Positions 51,478 through 64,000 of a stretch of 64,000 nucleotides of DNA are shown piece by piece. The notes below the pieces were generated by a model, which saw only the letters and a program-made list of their open reading frames with translations, did no database searches and was not told the origin of the DNA. The DNA lies in the NCBI RefSeq assembly GCF_002113885.1, contig NW_018406970.1, positions 1,734,022 through 1,798,021 on the forward strand, read 5' to 3'. The stretch is from Mizuhopecten yessoensis. Its lineage: Eukaryota. Position 1 is the first letter of the stretch; the number at the start of each line of letters is the position of its first letter. The translations under genes and the position numbers were made by a program.

Positions 51478-53176
51478 CAATCAAAATCGTTACGGCGTTC
51501 AAAAAGAATACGCCCACAAACCGAACGGTTGTTTCAGCGTGTCACTCACTGCATCTGGCTCGTCGATTGGTTGATAGAACGTTTGAGGTCGGTGTCGCCT
51601 TGTTTTCAGAAGCAGTGTACAACATTGTATCTTTTTCGGAGACTTGTTGTTTGCGCGCATTGTCAACCTAAGATTACGCATACACGTATACGGAAATGTA
51701 AAATTTACATTGCATGTACATGTTTCAAACCATGTGTCATCACTTGAATGTTTAGTGCAATATGTACTTATCCACATTTTCGTGAACTATAATGGTATTT
51801 CTGATTACAAGAGGGTAAAATGAAGAACATCACAAATGCTTGAAAGCTGTCCATACAGGCCGCTGCACTGAAAAGTAACATCATAGAACGGTGCAAGATT
51901 CGACAACTCATTCACTTGACTTTTCTAACGTTTACATGCAAATGTATACGTGTTAAATATATTTGTAAATGCTTCAAACGACATACATATATATCTTTAT
52001 CAATTAATTGCCATATTAGACTGTTTCGTTGAGCATATCCACATGCTATTGCGTAAACAGGGACTTGACACGTTCCTATGACCCAGACTGAAAAAAATAC
52101 CTATAGGAACGTGTCAAGGCCCTGTGATTGCGTACATATATACAACAGAACGAAATTGTAAGAATGTGCAAAAATTGCATGATTTTTTTTATACCGGCAG
52201 CATATATTTGCTTATAAATATTCCCTGTCTTGATAAAAACTAAACAGTTTCAATTGTAATTGCAATATTTATTCAATATTGAACAAAAACTTGATAAAAA
52301 CGAAAACAACTAGGTATCATTTTCCGGGGAATTATCTCCATGGATACGCTCCATCGAGAGTAACACTGCAGCTGACATTCGTGGGTACACAATGTACTAT
52401 CGGCACACAGGTTATCTAACGTCACTGTACCCAAATCGGGACACTTTTTAGATAAATATCAATGTTCTTTATACAATACTATCCCATCAGTCTTGTTTTG
52501 GTATTTATTCTTACCTTTAAATTGTTCATGCAACGATAATCAGCAGCCAATAAAGCTTAAGACAGTTTAATTGTCATGAAAAGTATTCTCACATAAAACT
52601 GTATACATAAAAGTATTTCTTTGCATTGAATTACAGTTTCTTGCGCCGATTGTGCACATACTTTTATTATAAAATGAAATGTTATCGTTTTCGTGCACAT
52701 CAATGTTATTAGATAATTTACAAATATATTTAAGCAATTTAAGAAAATGAGTTGTCGAATCTTGCACCGTTCTATGATATTACTTTTCATTGCAGCGGCC
52801 GGTATGGACTGCTTTCAAGCATTTGTAATATTCTTCATTTTGCCCTCTTGTAATCAGAAATACCATTACAGTTCACGAAAATGTGGATAAGTACCCATCA
52901 AACGAAACAAGTCATGACACATGGTTTGAAACATGTACATGCAATGTAAATTTTACATGTCCATATACGTGTATGCGTAATCTTAAGTTGACAATACGCG
53001 CAAACAACAAGTCTCCGAAAAAGATACAATGTTGTACACTGCTTCTGAAAACAAAGCGACACCGACCTCTAACGTTCTATCAACCAATCGACGAGCCAGA
53101 TGCAGTGAGTGACACGCTGAAACAACCGTTCGGTTTGTGGGCGTGTTCTTTTTGGACGCCGTAACGATTTTGATAG
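51478..53176. mobile_element. Fold-back / long-TIR non-autonomous DNA element flanked by TA
   Basis: Inverted arms of ~440-490 bp (51478 to ~51970 and ~52715 to 53176), also visible as mirror ORFs 51499-51777(-) and 52883-53164(+); ends TA|CAATCAAAATCG and CGATTTTGATAG|TA. Confidence 0.8.
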
Positions 53177-55169
53177 TAATTTCCATGTATGAGCAATGCA
53201 TGTTGTTTGGAAATCGGTATCTACTTAATTATAGATCATATCACTAATAAACTGAGAAGGCCCATACTTGTGTTACCGGCAACATATCTAAAAGTAATGA
53301 AGTTCTTTTATTTGTTTTCTGGTCCCGGAAATGTTGCACTTTTAAAATCTTTAGAAGATATAGCGATATACTTCCTGAAAGCAACTTTTCATAAGATATT
53401 CCGGACCATGTTCCGGCTCTATTAATAAATCGCCTTTACTGTACTATGTACCCTATCGGTCATAACGGTATACTAAATCCTAATCAAAAAGAGACTCGGT
53501 GAGCGGTCGGCTACATCAATTTTACAATAATATGAAATATCAAACTTACCAATGAGCAGTCGCGTATGTCCTGGAGGAGGGGTTCTTAAGATGGGAGGGA
53601 ACTGCGTTACCTGGGAAAACACCCCAGGGGCGTAACAACCTATGTAGCAAAAAATCGCGCGCTTACACATCATTTTTAACAAATAGCCTATATGATATAA
53701 AATACTAAAATGCAAAATATTTGTAAAATAATAGGGGAAAATGATATTTTCTTGCGTTAAAAGGGCCATTGAAATTGACGCCAAAACACGGGAGAACGCG
53801 TCTCTGGCGTTCTAGAAAATAAAATATCGTGCATTATTCTCGGGAGGACGCCGTCCCATAACCTCCCCCTCCTCGCGCTGCGCGCTTCGGGATGCTGCCT
53901 TCGGCAGCACATTTGATCATTGGGCTTACACATTGAAAACCCGTCTATTACGCACCTGCTGACCCACGTGGTCAGACAGGTTATTCCTTACCTTTTCTGG
54001 AAAGGTCAGTCCGCTGACCATTGAACTGTTTATTTAAATATAAAATCCGTGTCGGTGGCCTCTTGATATGTCCCAATGAGGAGGTACTTCTTTGTTTCAA
54101 CTGAGTTTTTTTTTAACAGTAAATCAAAAGTTTACCTCATTAGTATGCAACTTGCTTGGTGCAATGCAGGTGGGCGCACATCCCCACTTTCGCTCTGTAC
54201 ACGCGTAGAGAGCGAAAGTGAGCGTAACCTCTGGATATCGAGGATGGTAGGCGCAAGGTTTCATCATTTTCTAGACCCACGTGCGCGTGGTCCCTTGTAT
54301 TTTGCTTTGACGTGTGTCCCGGAGACCGTGATTTTTTTAAAAGGCTATAGTTATTTCGGACCACATACACTTTGAGTTTCAAAAGCAGATAGATATTATA
54401 ATACAATTTTAATTACCCAATGGCTACGTCACTCAGTATTATCTAAGTCCGTGATAATACTGTTTGAATGTTAGATTACGTTGGGACACCGGAATACCAA
54501 ATGGTTACGTCATTTGATTATTTTTACAATGGGTAGCCGTACCTAGGTAATCGGATCGGTCGCTTTATCATACTTGTTACATTATCTTACTTTTTTACAC
54601 TGCTTCTCGATCAATGATAAAACATGCATGCAGCCATATTACAGCGCATCCTCGATATCCAGGGGTTACGCTTACTTACGCTTGTAGAGATAGAAAGTGA
54701 GTGTAACCCGTGGATATCGAGGACGATGACAGCACTGATAGATCCTTGGTATCTGAATAGGAAATATATGCCATATTGTAACGCATACAATTTACTACAG
54801 GGACCTGGAAATTTGTTACAGTTATATTTGGACCTGAACTAAGGTGTTCAGAGTAATCTTATACGTTTTAGTGGTTTATATCAACTTTCGGTAATAATTA
54901 GCATTTTTACCGAAAGTTGAATCCAACCCCCTGAAACGTGTAAAATTTCTCTGAATACCTTTAGTAAAGGTCCAAATATAGATTATCTGTACCACTACTA
55001 AAATCTGGGGTCCCTGTGCAATTTATTAGCGTTAACAGGCCTTCCATTTATCGGTATAGATTGTATCTCTAATGTAGGCTAACTATTTTCAAAATATATC
55101 TCATTGTTTTTATAGATCTACATGCTATCTACAACTTTTCAGTACATATTATTGTTAATCATACAACCG

Positions 55170-55530
55170 CCCTCTGTTCTGTTTAAAAGAGTACCGCCTG
55201 GCGTGCAGTCATATGCGATTTGGGCACTCGTCCCGTTTGCAACTCTAATCAATATGCGGGTGACCTAAGCGGCCTCGCCGTGACACGGAGCAAGGCGAGC
55301 CGATCGAGGTAAGTGTGTGGTTGCCTTCCTGTTCTGTTGTTTGTGTATTTCACAAGGTTTCGGGAACATGTTCATTATTATATCTATGTCATGTTAAAGT
55401 AAGGTTATCCCTGTATATTCCTGTATGTTTATAATCTCTGAGTCATGTCTGGTTCGGCCATATTACCGATGTGTTTGTAGCGTGGGCAACCGTGTGAGTT
55501 CTTTCTTGCCAGCAAAGATGGCTTCTTTCT
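55170..55530 (+). promoter_or_regulatory. Possible promoter / first non-coding exon of a neighbouring plus-strand gene
   Basis: CpG-rich island in AT-rich surroundings, consensus donor CGAG|GTAAGT at ~55309 and YY1-like AAGATGGC at ~55515. No downstream coding exon was identified. Confidence 0.3.
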
Positions 55531-57278
55531 CTTTGTTCGCCCTTCGCTTTACATAGATCTGTATGTAGGCCTAGCCACTTCGGGAAAACGGTGAGGGACA
55601 ATCTCTGACACTGAGTTAAACAATCGATAGCGTAGACAATCTTTGAATATAGCAGAAGATCTTGGCTATTTATCAGTTTATTTACAACTTTTATTGTTGT
55701 CCGTGAGTAGAGTTGCGGAACATTGGGGCTGTCAGCCGTGCGATATTGCTAGTGTGTATATATGTATACACGCGGCCATTGATATGCAACGTAATCCCAG
55801 CTCGTATTTCACACGTCTACAATGCAAGCCACGCGCACTGAAGGTGTTGGGAGAGCTGGCAAGACGCTTATTTGTTGCCATAGTGCAAAGTCCGCACCAT
55901 CTGCCATGAATATGCACGCATTGCAGGGTTATCATCATGTTGTTCTCTTTGTGTGCAAAGCTGTCATAGGACAGAATATTAGTTAGGTCCCTGCAGTTAT
56001 CCAACGAGAAAGGGTTCATCAGACCAACAGGTGCTGAATATAAACTGTTGCGAAACTATCAGAAACAACTTTACTGAAGTTTTATTGATAAAACCAGCAA
56101 TATAGCAGTACTATATCCATTTTTTTTTACAGATATCATTATGTCAAAACTTTTATGAAGAATTTTATTGTGAAAGGAACATCTTTAGAATTGATTTTCA
56201 CAATTCTTGCATCATTTTATTTAAGTTCAATGAGTCATTCCAGAAAAAACAAACACATCTCATAAAAGTGACATTAAAAGATTACTGCATGTTTATTTTT
56301 ATGTCCAAGTGAAACTTTAAAAAATACCAATTCACCAAAATCAGCGACTCCGGTTTTAGCGAATGTCAGGACCCAATTCAGTTCAAGGCTTGAATTTTGC
56401 AGTATCTTGGGCTTCAAATGAATATCTTATTGTACGCATATTAACATTTTATGATGACCTTTAGAACTTATACGACAACAAGTATTTCTATAGTGTGAAT
56501 TTATTCCTATAGTCTAAAACAGAATGCATAGTCATCGTACGCGACGCCATATTTTTAAAACGTAATCAAAACACTGACATTTGAGTTTGAATTACGTGCT
56601 ATTTGAACTTAAAAACTAATCATCTGTAGACAAAGAATGGTGCATGGCTATCTATTCTAAGACTACATCATTGTTATAACTGATTTGTTGACGCATTTAT
56701 TTATAAGTATTTTTGCAAAAAGTGATCCGATTTTGGGTACAGATCCGATTTGGGTACTGCCTCCTTACAGGTTTCTTGGTATTTTTAATTAATTAGAATT
56801 TATACGAATAATATTGCTATGGAGCCATAAATAAACGAACTTTTTATTGCCCACAATGCAAATGACAGTTATTTGAACACAACTTCTAAACTTTTGGGAT
56901 AAATTACAGTTACAGATATATATTATATAAACATATGACAAATAAACTGGTAATGCAAATGGATTTTTTAAAACTAATTCATTAAATATACGAGAAAATG
57001 GAAAAATAAGCCTAAAAAAAATCTTTAGTGTAAAATGGTATTACAATTGGTTTTTCAACAAATATTTAAAAAAAAAAGTTACTGAAAATATATTACTTTT
57101 TAGCTCTGTAATGAACCATGGTATTTGATGAGTAGGTACCTTGGAAAAAGTGCTATAAAGTTCCCATATTTAGATAACGTCGACCTTGTATTATTTCAAG
57201 GTCACAGGGTTCAAATCAATCAACATTATACAAAGTACCATATGATATGACTATGTCACCATCATGATGACAGCATTC

Positions 57279-57893
57279 CCGGGCCGTTATTCATGAAACC
57301 GCTCTCATGCTCAAGATTGGATTCTGGGCTCAATCTGCCAACTTTCTTTAAACTTGCATATTAATCATGCAATAATGTTACACAGTCAAAAGGTCGAGTC
57401 TAAACGCAGGCCGGTCAAAATTTCTTTCAAATCTCTGACAAAATGTAAATTATTTTCACTTTATCCTCAGGAGGCACGGTAGTCTAGTGGTAGGATGCCA
57501 GACTCGTGACAGAAGGGTTGCGGGTTCGAGTCTTGGCACGGCACTGTCTTGTATATTTCAGCAAGATACTTTACTTCGCTTGTTCCAGTCTACTCAGCTG
57601 TAAATGAGTATGTGGTTGGGCAGTGCTAGTATTGTTGAATGCTGGCTATGAGCGCCGAAATGGCAGCATCGGCTGTATGCTCCCCAGAGAGTTGAGGAAG
57701 ATATTGGCTGGTTGCAAAGGCCTAGATAACCACGGATGATAATTTGTAAACCGCTTTGAGACGACCTATGAACTAGGTTGTGATAAAGCGGTATACAAGA
57801 ACCTCAAATTATTATTATTATTTAATAAGAACCCCAGCTTGAGCTCAAAGTCTGAGTTTGAGCATGAGAATATTTTTATGAATACAAGCCCTG
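57279..57893. mobile_element. MITE with ~58-bp imperfect TIRs carrying a nested SINE
   Basis: CCGGGCCGTTATTCATGAAA...CTCATGCTCAA on the left versus TTGAGCATGAG...TTTATGAATACAAGCCCTG on the right. Confidence 0.6.
57471..57822 (+). mobile_element. Full-length tRNA-derived SINE with CORE/Deu-like body and L2-like tail
   Basis: A box GGTAGTCTAGTGG, B box GGTTCGAGTC, body GCAAGATACTTTAC...CTCAGCTGTAAATGAGTA and GGCTGTATGCTCCCCAG, tail TGTAAACCGCTTTGAG...(ATT)n. Confidence 0.75.
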
Positions 57894-57953
57894 ATCTTTT
57901 TCTAACATATTCAGATTACCGTAGGTCAATAAATATCAACTCTGAGTGCTGTC

Positions 57954-58119
57954 TGGGATGTGTTATAATGAGTAACTAAAAAGCTTTATGATCTTCTTGA
58001 GTACCATAAAGCCCAAGGTCATGATAAGGTACATGGGATGTGTTATAATGAGTAACTAAAAAGCTTTAAGATCTTCTTGAGTTCCATAAAGCCCAAGGTC
58101 ATGATAAGGTACATGGGAT
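57954..58119. repeat. Direct tandem duplication of ~80 bp
   Basis: TGGGATGTGTTATAATGAGTAACT...GATAAGGTACA occurs twice with 2 mismatches. Confidence 0.9.
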
Positions 58120-58203
58120 CGAAACTATTAAGTTTCCTCATACTTTTAAGCTTACATGGGGGGAAAAACCAAGAGAATACCCAAGTGTCAACAAAACCCT
58201 AAT

Positions 58204-59009
58204 TTAACTCGTTCACCCCTGAGATTTCATAATGAACTATTCCAACCTTTGAATTGGAAGAGTCCAAATGTGTCTCCAGGGGTGAATGAGTCAAACTTAA
58301 AATCGATAAAACTAGGGCAGATTATAAACAAAGAAAATTATTTACATGGACTTCGACTTATTACTTTGACATGATTGTAGTCCTATACCTTATAACCATA
58401 TCTGCATACCATAAAAGGCATGCAGTGTCAAATTATTCTTTGTTTCTGAGATTCCCTACCTATAATTCCCTACCTATAATTGTTCTGTATGAATAGAGGA
58501 GAAATTTATAACTTTTCGTGGCTTTTGTACGGAAAAGTGGTTTGACTCCCTGCCCTTAGAATAATACTTCATAACAGTTGCTCCATGATAAGGCCACTAC
58601 GATAGAAATTTTGAATAAATATGTATAAAAGAAAATCAGTACCAACTCTATGGTTGTTGTTGTGCTTGCATTTAGCAAAAGTGACTTAAAAAGATTTATC
58701 CACCAAAAGGTTTTTGTGCGATAACTCTCAAAGGATTTCTTTGTTTTTCACGAAACTACTCAAATATGTTACAATGGTGGTAACCTGCTCAATTTAAATT
58801 TGCTTTTGAGCTGAAATTTAAGTTCGAGATGACCATCTTTGGCACCTAACATGATTTCTGTGTAAGTTGAAGGAATGAAATTATGAATTTGATGAACTTC
58901 ATATAAAGTTTTTCATTATTAACTCATTCACACCTGACGTTTCATAAAGAACTATTCCAACCTTTAAATTCGAAGAGTTTAAATGTGTCTTCGTGGGTGA
59001 ATGAGTTAA
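58204..59009. mobile_element. Two copies of a ~90-bp TTAA-flanked MITE (58204-58294 and 58919-59009), piggyBac-like
   Basis: TTAACTC(G/A)TTCAC...GTGAATGAGT(C/T)AA with homologous interiors. Confidence 0.65.
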
Positions 59010-60623
59010 ACAATATAAGTTTTATTTTTCGGCAGTTAAAAATCTAATATGGCCATCATAATTTCATTTAAATGAATGCCTGATTTTCATGAAACTTCCA
59101 TCAACGTTTATGTAGAATCAATTTTCCACTCGGGTGCAATTTCGAGTTGAATCCAAAATTTGGTTTGGCTGCAAGTGACCAACATTGATTTTGAATCTAG
59201 TTGAGTTTCTGGACAATGTGTGTGAATAAATTATTGGATTTTGAGAACTTGTCTGGTTTATTCACGGTGCTAAATTCAGTTGGTGCATATTTAATGAGGT
59301 TGCTGCAATCTGATGCCAGTGTTAGTTATAATTTGTATCCAAGTCCATTGTTTCAAATTTGCTGCTCAGTCAGTAGTGCTGAGTATCGCCAGCTAGCTAG
59401 CTCACCATGATGCGATACACATTGTGATACAACATATATGAAGGCCACGATATATATTGATGTATCGCGATATGTATCACTAAGCTTGTTCGTATAATTA
59501 AAACTCGGGACAATTAATGAACATGGATTCAACCGTTTGAACAGAGTTAAATCAAAGCCCCATTGCCACTACAGGGTTTGTGGTGATGTCACAGGCGCAC
59601 CGACATGTTTGTGGTATTGTCTGAAAACTGCATCAAGCACAATCTACAGTAATTGTACATGTATAACACAAGTTTGGTGTTTTTCCCTTTCATAAATCCA
59701 TAGGATTTCCATACATTGGATTTGTAAGCTGCCAGGGGATTTATAATTTCAATAGGGGTGTCTCATGTACAATATGCCAAGAGTCAAGTGTATCACCATA
59801 TATTGCAATACAGAATGAATATTAATAGAATCCATCCCTGATGTGAGGTATAGATAAGGTTATTCAAACCCAAGAGATAAAATATCGAGCAGGAGACCAA
59901 TATTTTATCCCGAGGGTTTGATTACCTCATATCAGTGATGGATTATATTTCTTGCTTATTACCTAATACCCGTAAAAACAGCTGCTCTTCTAGTAAAGTT
60001 GTAAACTGTCCGCACTTCTCATTTGCATATGAAGCCTGGATGACAATTGTTAGTGATGTCAATGACCCTGACTGACCCCAAAACGTCATAAAATGACGTC
60101 ACGAACAATAGCGTGACTTCGAAAGGTCGCTCTGTATTGTGGTACCGTAGGATATACCCGTGTATTATTGCGATATACCTGTTTTCCGATATATATTAAA
60201 AAAAAAAAAGTCTCAATTAAGGGATGTAACTCTTCCGAGTCAAAGATTTAGGCAGTGCATCACCAGTGTTACAGTATCGCGATACATGAGTGACGTTACG
60301 ATACGTACATGTATTGTCATCCAAATTATCAATGGTATTGATGTATCGTCACAGCTGTGTCAGACAGATTCATAGATTTCATACATATTCTGCGCACTCA
60401 TGAAAAATATCAAAATATTAGTCACACTCGTGAAATATATTTGTTATTACTGAAGACACCGTTAAATATATCCTTTAGGTCCTCTGCCATCTGCTGATTG
60501 ACTTAAATTTAGCCAATAATCATCAATTGGCCTCAAGCTGTTCAAAATAGTTTTCATGCATGATGTGTTATAATTAGTCATTAATTTGGTCTGGCCATCT
60601 GTAATCATTATTTATAACCAACA

Positions 60624-62093
60624 TTTTTAGGTCACCTGAGACAAAGCCTCAAGTGACCTATGGCGATCGCCTTTTGTCAATCGTCGTCCGTCGTGCGTCC
60701 GTAAACAATTTACATTTTCGACTTCTTCTCCAAAACCCCTGAACCAATTTCAATGAAATTTTGCAGGGACCTTCCATGGACAAAGNNNNNNNNNNNNNNN
60801 NNNNNNNNNNNNNNNNNNNNNNNNNNNNNNNNNNNNNNNNNNNNNNNNNNNNNNNNNNNNNNNNNNNNNNNNNNNNNNNNNNNNNNNNNNNNNNNNNNNN
60901 NNNNNNNNNNNNNNNNNNNNNNNNNNNNNNNNNNNNNNNNNNNNNNNNNNNNNNNNNNNNNNNNNNNNNNNNNNNNNNNNNNNNNNNNNNNNNNNNNNNN
61001 NNNNNNNNNNNNNNNNNNNNNNNNNNNNNNNNNNNNNNNNNNNNNNNNNNNNNNNNNNNNNNNNNNNNNNNNNNNNNNNNNNNNNNNNNNNNNNNNNNNN
61101 NNNNNNNNNNNNNNNNNNNNNNNNNNNNNNNNNNNNNNNNNNNNNNNNNNNNNNNNNNNNNNNNNNNNNNNNNNNNNNNNNNNNNNNNNNNNNNNNNNNN
61201 NNNNNNNNNNNNNNNNNNNNNNNNNNNNNNNNNNNNNNNNNNNNNNNNNNNNNNNNNNNNNNNNNNNNNNNNNNNNNNNNNNNNNNNNNNNNNNNNNNNN
61301 NNNNNNNNNNNNNNNNNNNNNNNNNNNNNNNNNNNNNNNNNNNNNNNNNNNNNNNNNNNNNNNNNNNNNNNNNNNNNNNNNNNNNNNNNNNNNNNNNNNN
61401 NNNNNNNNNNNNNNNNNNNNNNNNNNNNNNNNNNNNNNNNNNNNNNNNNNNNNNNNNNNNNNNNNNNNNNNNNNNNNNNNNNNNNNNNNNNNNNNNNNNN
61501 NNNNNNNNNNNNNNNNNNNNNNNNNNNNNNNNNNNNNNNNNNNNNNNNNNNNNNNNNNNNNNNNNNNNNNNNNNNNNNNNNNNNNNNNNNNNNNNNNNNN
61601 NNNNNNNNNNNNNNNNNNNNNNNNNNNNNNNNNNNNNNNNNNNNNNNNNNNNNNNNNNNNNNNNNNNNNNNNNNNNNNNNNNNNNNNNNNNNNNNNNNNN
61701 NNNNNNNNNNNNNNNNGGAGGGGGGGGGGCAAAATTTATTATGGTTTATAATGGCAAATGATACTTTGAATATTACATGTTAATAACTTGATTGGAATTA
61801 TAACCTTGAATTGACAGTTTGATACTTTAAAATTTTGAGCCAGCCCTACCCCCAAGGGCTGTAGGGTGGGGCTCAAAGGAGTCGGTGTGCTAAAATTTCT
61901 TCATTTTCCTTGTTTAGAATCAGAGGTGCTAGTTTCAAATCCTTTTTAGTCTGAAATCTGTATGCTAGATATTGAATAAGGTGGTTTTATTGTTTTTTGT
62001 CACTTTGAATACTATTTCTGTTCATGTTAAAAACAAAATCAACTCTCTGTATAAATATATCAGGTGACCGTTAAGGCCCATGGGCCTCTTGTT
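60624..62093. mobile_element. HINE-like element in the opposite orientation, spanning the assembly gap
   Basis: TTTTTAGGTCACCTGAGACAAAGCCTCAAGTGACC hairpin plus CGTC microsatellite at the left end; CAGGTGACCGTTAAGGCCCATGGGCCTCTTGTT at the right end. Confidence 0.7.
60786..61716. other. Assembly gap (931 N)
   Basis: Run of N. Confidence 1.
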
Positions 62094-62268
62094 CCATTAA
62101 GGATTTTCTAAGTAAATACGGTAATGAAAATTGATAATAATGTAAGTCTCCACATGGTTCATAAGTAAATGTAGTCTTACATGCTTTAAATATGATTGGT
62201 AAAAATGAAATGGTAAAAAAATATAACGTGGCCATCAGCAGGTATATATCCATCCTATGTTTTGTATG

Positions 62269-62777
62269 TGTAACAGAGGTCATTATTTTTTCAATGCCTC
62301 CGCTAGGAGTCGAACCCGGGACCTCTGGCTTACTAGTCTTACGCTCTACTGAATGAGCTAAAGAGAAATTCTCCCTAGCCAAGTCGGAAGGAAGTGGCTA
62401 GTATTTTACCAGGGTGACGTACTCCCCCTCCAGGAAAGACCTCACCCTGAGTTTTCCAGGAGGCATAGTGATTCCTTTGCTAGGAGTCGATCACGGGATT
62501 TCTGGCTTACTAGTCTTACGCTCTACTGAATGAGCTAAAGAGAAATTTTCCCTAGCCAAGTTGGAAGGAAGTGGCTAGTATTTTACCAGGGTGACGTACT
62601 CCCCCTCCAGGAAAGACCTCACCCTGAGTTTTCCAGGAGGCATAGTGATTCCTTTGCTAGGAGTCGATCACAGGATTTCTGGCTTACTAGTCTTATGCTC
62701 TACCGAATGAGCTAAATATAAATTCTCCCTAGCCAAGTCTGTACGTAGGAAGCTGCTAGTATTTTACCAGGGTGACA
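62269..62777 (-). mobile_element. Tandem miniature LTR element (TRIM) with a tRNA-Thr(AGT)-like sequence in its LTRs
   Basis: Minus-strand termini TGTCAC...GTTACA; TATG duplicated at 62265-62268 and 62778-62781; three 177-bp-period units; polypurine tract GGAGGGGGAGTA immediately before LTR2 and LTR3; A box TAGCTCATTCAGTAGAGC, loop CTAGTAA, B box GGTTCGACTCC. Confidence 0.8.
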
Positions 62778-63374
62778 TATGTATGTCAAGTGTCTTATAT
62801 GTGCTATGGATCACTCAGCAGGTATCAAATGAAGAAACCTTGATGAATGCTGTTGTGAGTTATCCCTTAAGTCCATAGTTACGAATGAAGCTGAATGGTT
62901 GCAGGCAGCCATCTTTGATTTTGCATGTGACGTTACTGCTTTTTCTCAAGAACTATAGTTACTACTCGGTACTTAAGGGATCAAAATGAGACTTGACATG
63001 AATGACCCCCCTTAGCTTCATAGAACTTTGTAACTGTAACAAATTTTGATGGATCACATGTCTCGGACCACAGTTAATGCTTCAGGTTTGTTGTGCAGGA
63101 ATAAAGAGCCATTTCTTAATTTTAGACTTTTTTAGATATTTTTTTTTCACGACCCCGGATGTTTCGCCTATCGATAGAAAGCGTATACACACTGTATTAA
63201 TATACATGTAGAGGAAATGTCCTGGGTTGAGTGACATAAAAAACCCATAAACTTTCGTCACATCGTTGTACAGGTAAACATTAATACAAATTACTCACTC
63301 AGACTCACAATCATAGTTTGACAAAGGGACCAGTTGGTCTTGAAACGTTGCGACATGTTTATTACATACTTTTT

Positions 63375-64000
63375 ACATTGTGAATAAAGTAAAACTTTGA
63401 TAATACATATTTTCTACTTGAAGAAATAATCTTAGTGAAGATGTTTCCAATTCACATGTGAATAAAGTAAAACTTTGATAATAACTATTTCCTACTTGAA
63501 GAAATAATCTTAGTGAAGATGTTTCCAATTCACATGCGAATAAAGAAAACCTTTGATAATAACTATTTCCTACTTGAAGAAATAATCCTAATGAAGATGT
63601 TTCCAATTCACATGCGAATAAAGAAAACCTTTGATAATAACTATTTCCTACTTGAAGAAATAATCCTAATGAAGATGTTTCCAATTCACATGCGAATAAA
63701 GAAAAACTTTGATAATACATATTTCCTACTTGAAGATATAATCTTGATGAAGATGTTTCCAATTCACATGCGAATTAAGAAAAACTTTGATAATACATAT
63801 TTCCTACTTGAAGATATAATCTTGATGAAGATGTTTCCAATTCACATATGAATAAAAGTAAAACTTTGATAATACATATTCCCTACTTGAAGAAATAATC
63901 TTAATGAAGAGGTTTCCAATTCACATATGAATAAAGTAAAACTTTGATAATACATATTTTCTACTTGAAGAAATAATCTTAGTGAAGATGTTTCCAATTC
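63375..64000. repeat. 78-bp tandem satellite (8 or more units, runs off the window)
   Basis: GAATAAAG unit starts at 63382, 63460, 63538, 63616 and 63694. Confidence 0.95.

Noticed and set aside
51499-53201. Duplicated 92-93 aa ORFs on opposite strands
   Set aside because: They simply reflect the inverted arms of the fold-back element; no recognisable domain.
57471-57545. Functional tRNA gene
   Set aside because: Continues directly into a SINE body and tail; the cloverleaf is degenerate.
60710-61783. 330-340 aa ORFs
   Set aside because: Artefacts of the N gap.
62296-62367. Functional tRNA-Thr(AGT) gene
   Set aside because: Anticodon stem (TAAGA/GCCAG) and acceptor stem do not pair, and the sequence lies within an LTR-like repeat.
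63373-63851. 26-aa repeat proteins
   Set aside because: Translations of the 78-bp satellite; no splice or domain support.

Overview
AT-rich, intron-containing animal DNA; the repeat landscape (Helentron-type HINEs carrying internal satellites, tRNA-derived SINEs with V/Meta-like bodies) suggests a bivalve mollusc (inference). The first 43 kb hold a minus-strand tandem cluster of six three-exon paralogues encoding secreted proteins: signal peptide, Gln-rich heptad coiled coil, then a 10-Cys globular domain resembling the short-chain collagen C4 / spongin NC1-like domain. The order is A1-B1-A2(pseudogene)-B2-A3 ... C(one internal stop). Exon 2 (78 nt) and exon 3 (476 nt) are fixed in length in all copies except the pseudogene. 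Exon 1 differs only by whole 21-nt heptads, and head-domain substitutions cluster in a few patches, suggesting a diversifying recognition-protein family. Also present: an intact 4.07-kb PHIS-type (Harbinger/ISL2EU/Spy-related) DNA transposon sitting in AAA|TTT; a tandem tRNA-Thr-containing miniature LTR element with a 4-bp TSD; a minisatellite grown out of a SINE tail; decayed Tc1 and CR1-like LINEs; many MITEs and palindromes; several satellites; and a 931-N gap. All family assignments come from motif recognition by eye, without database searches.
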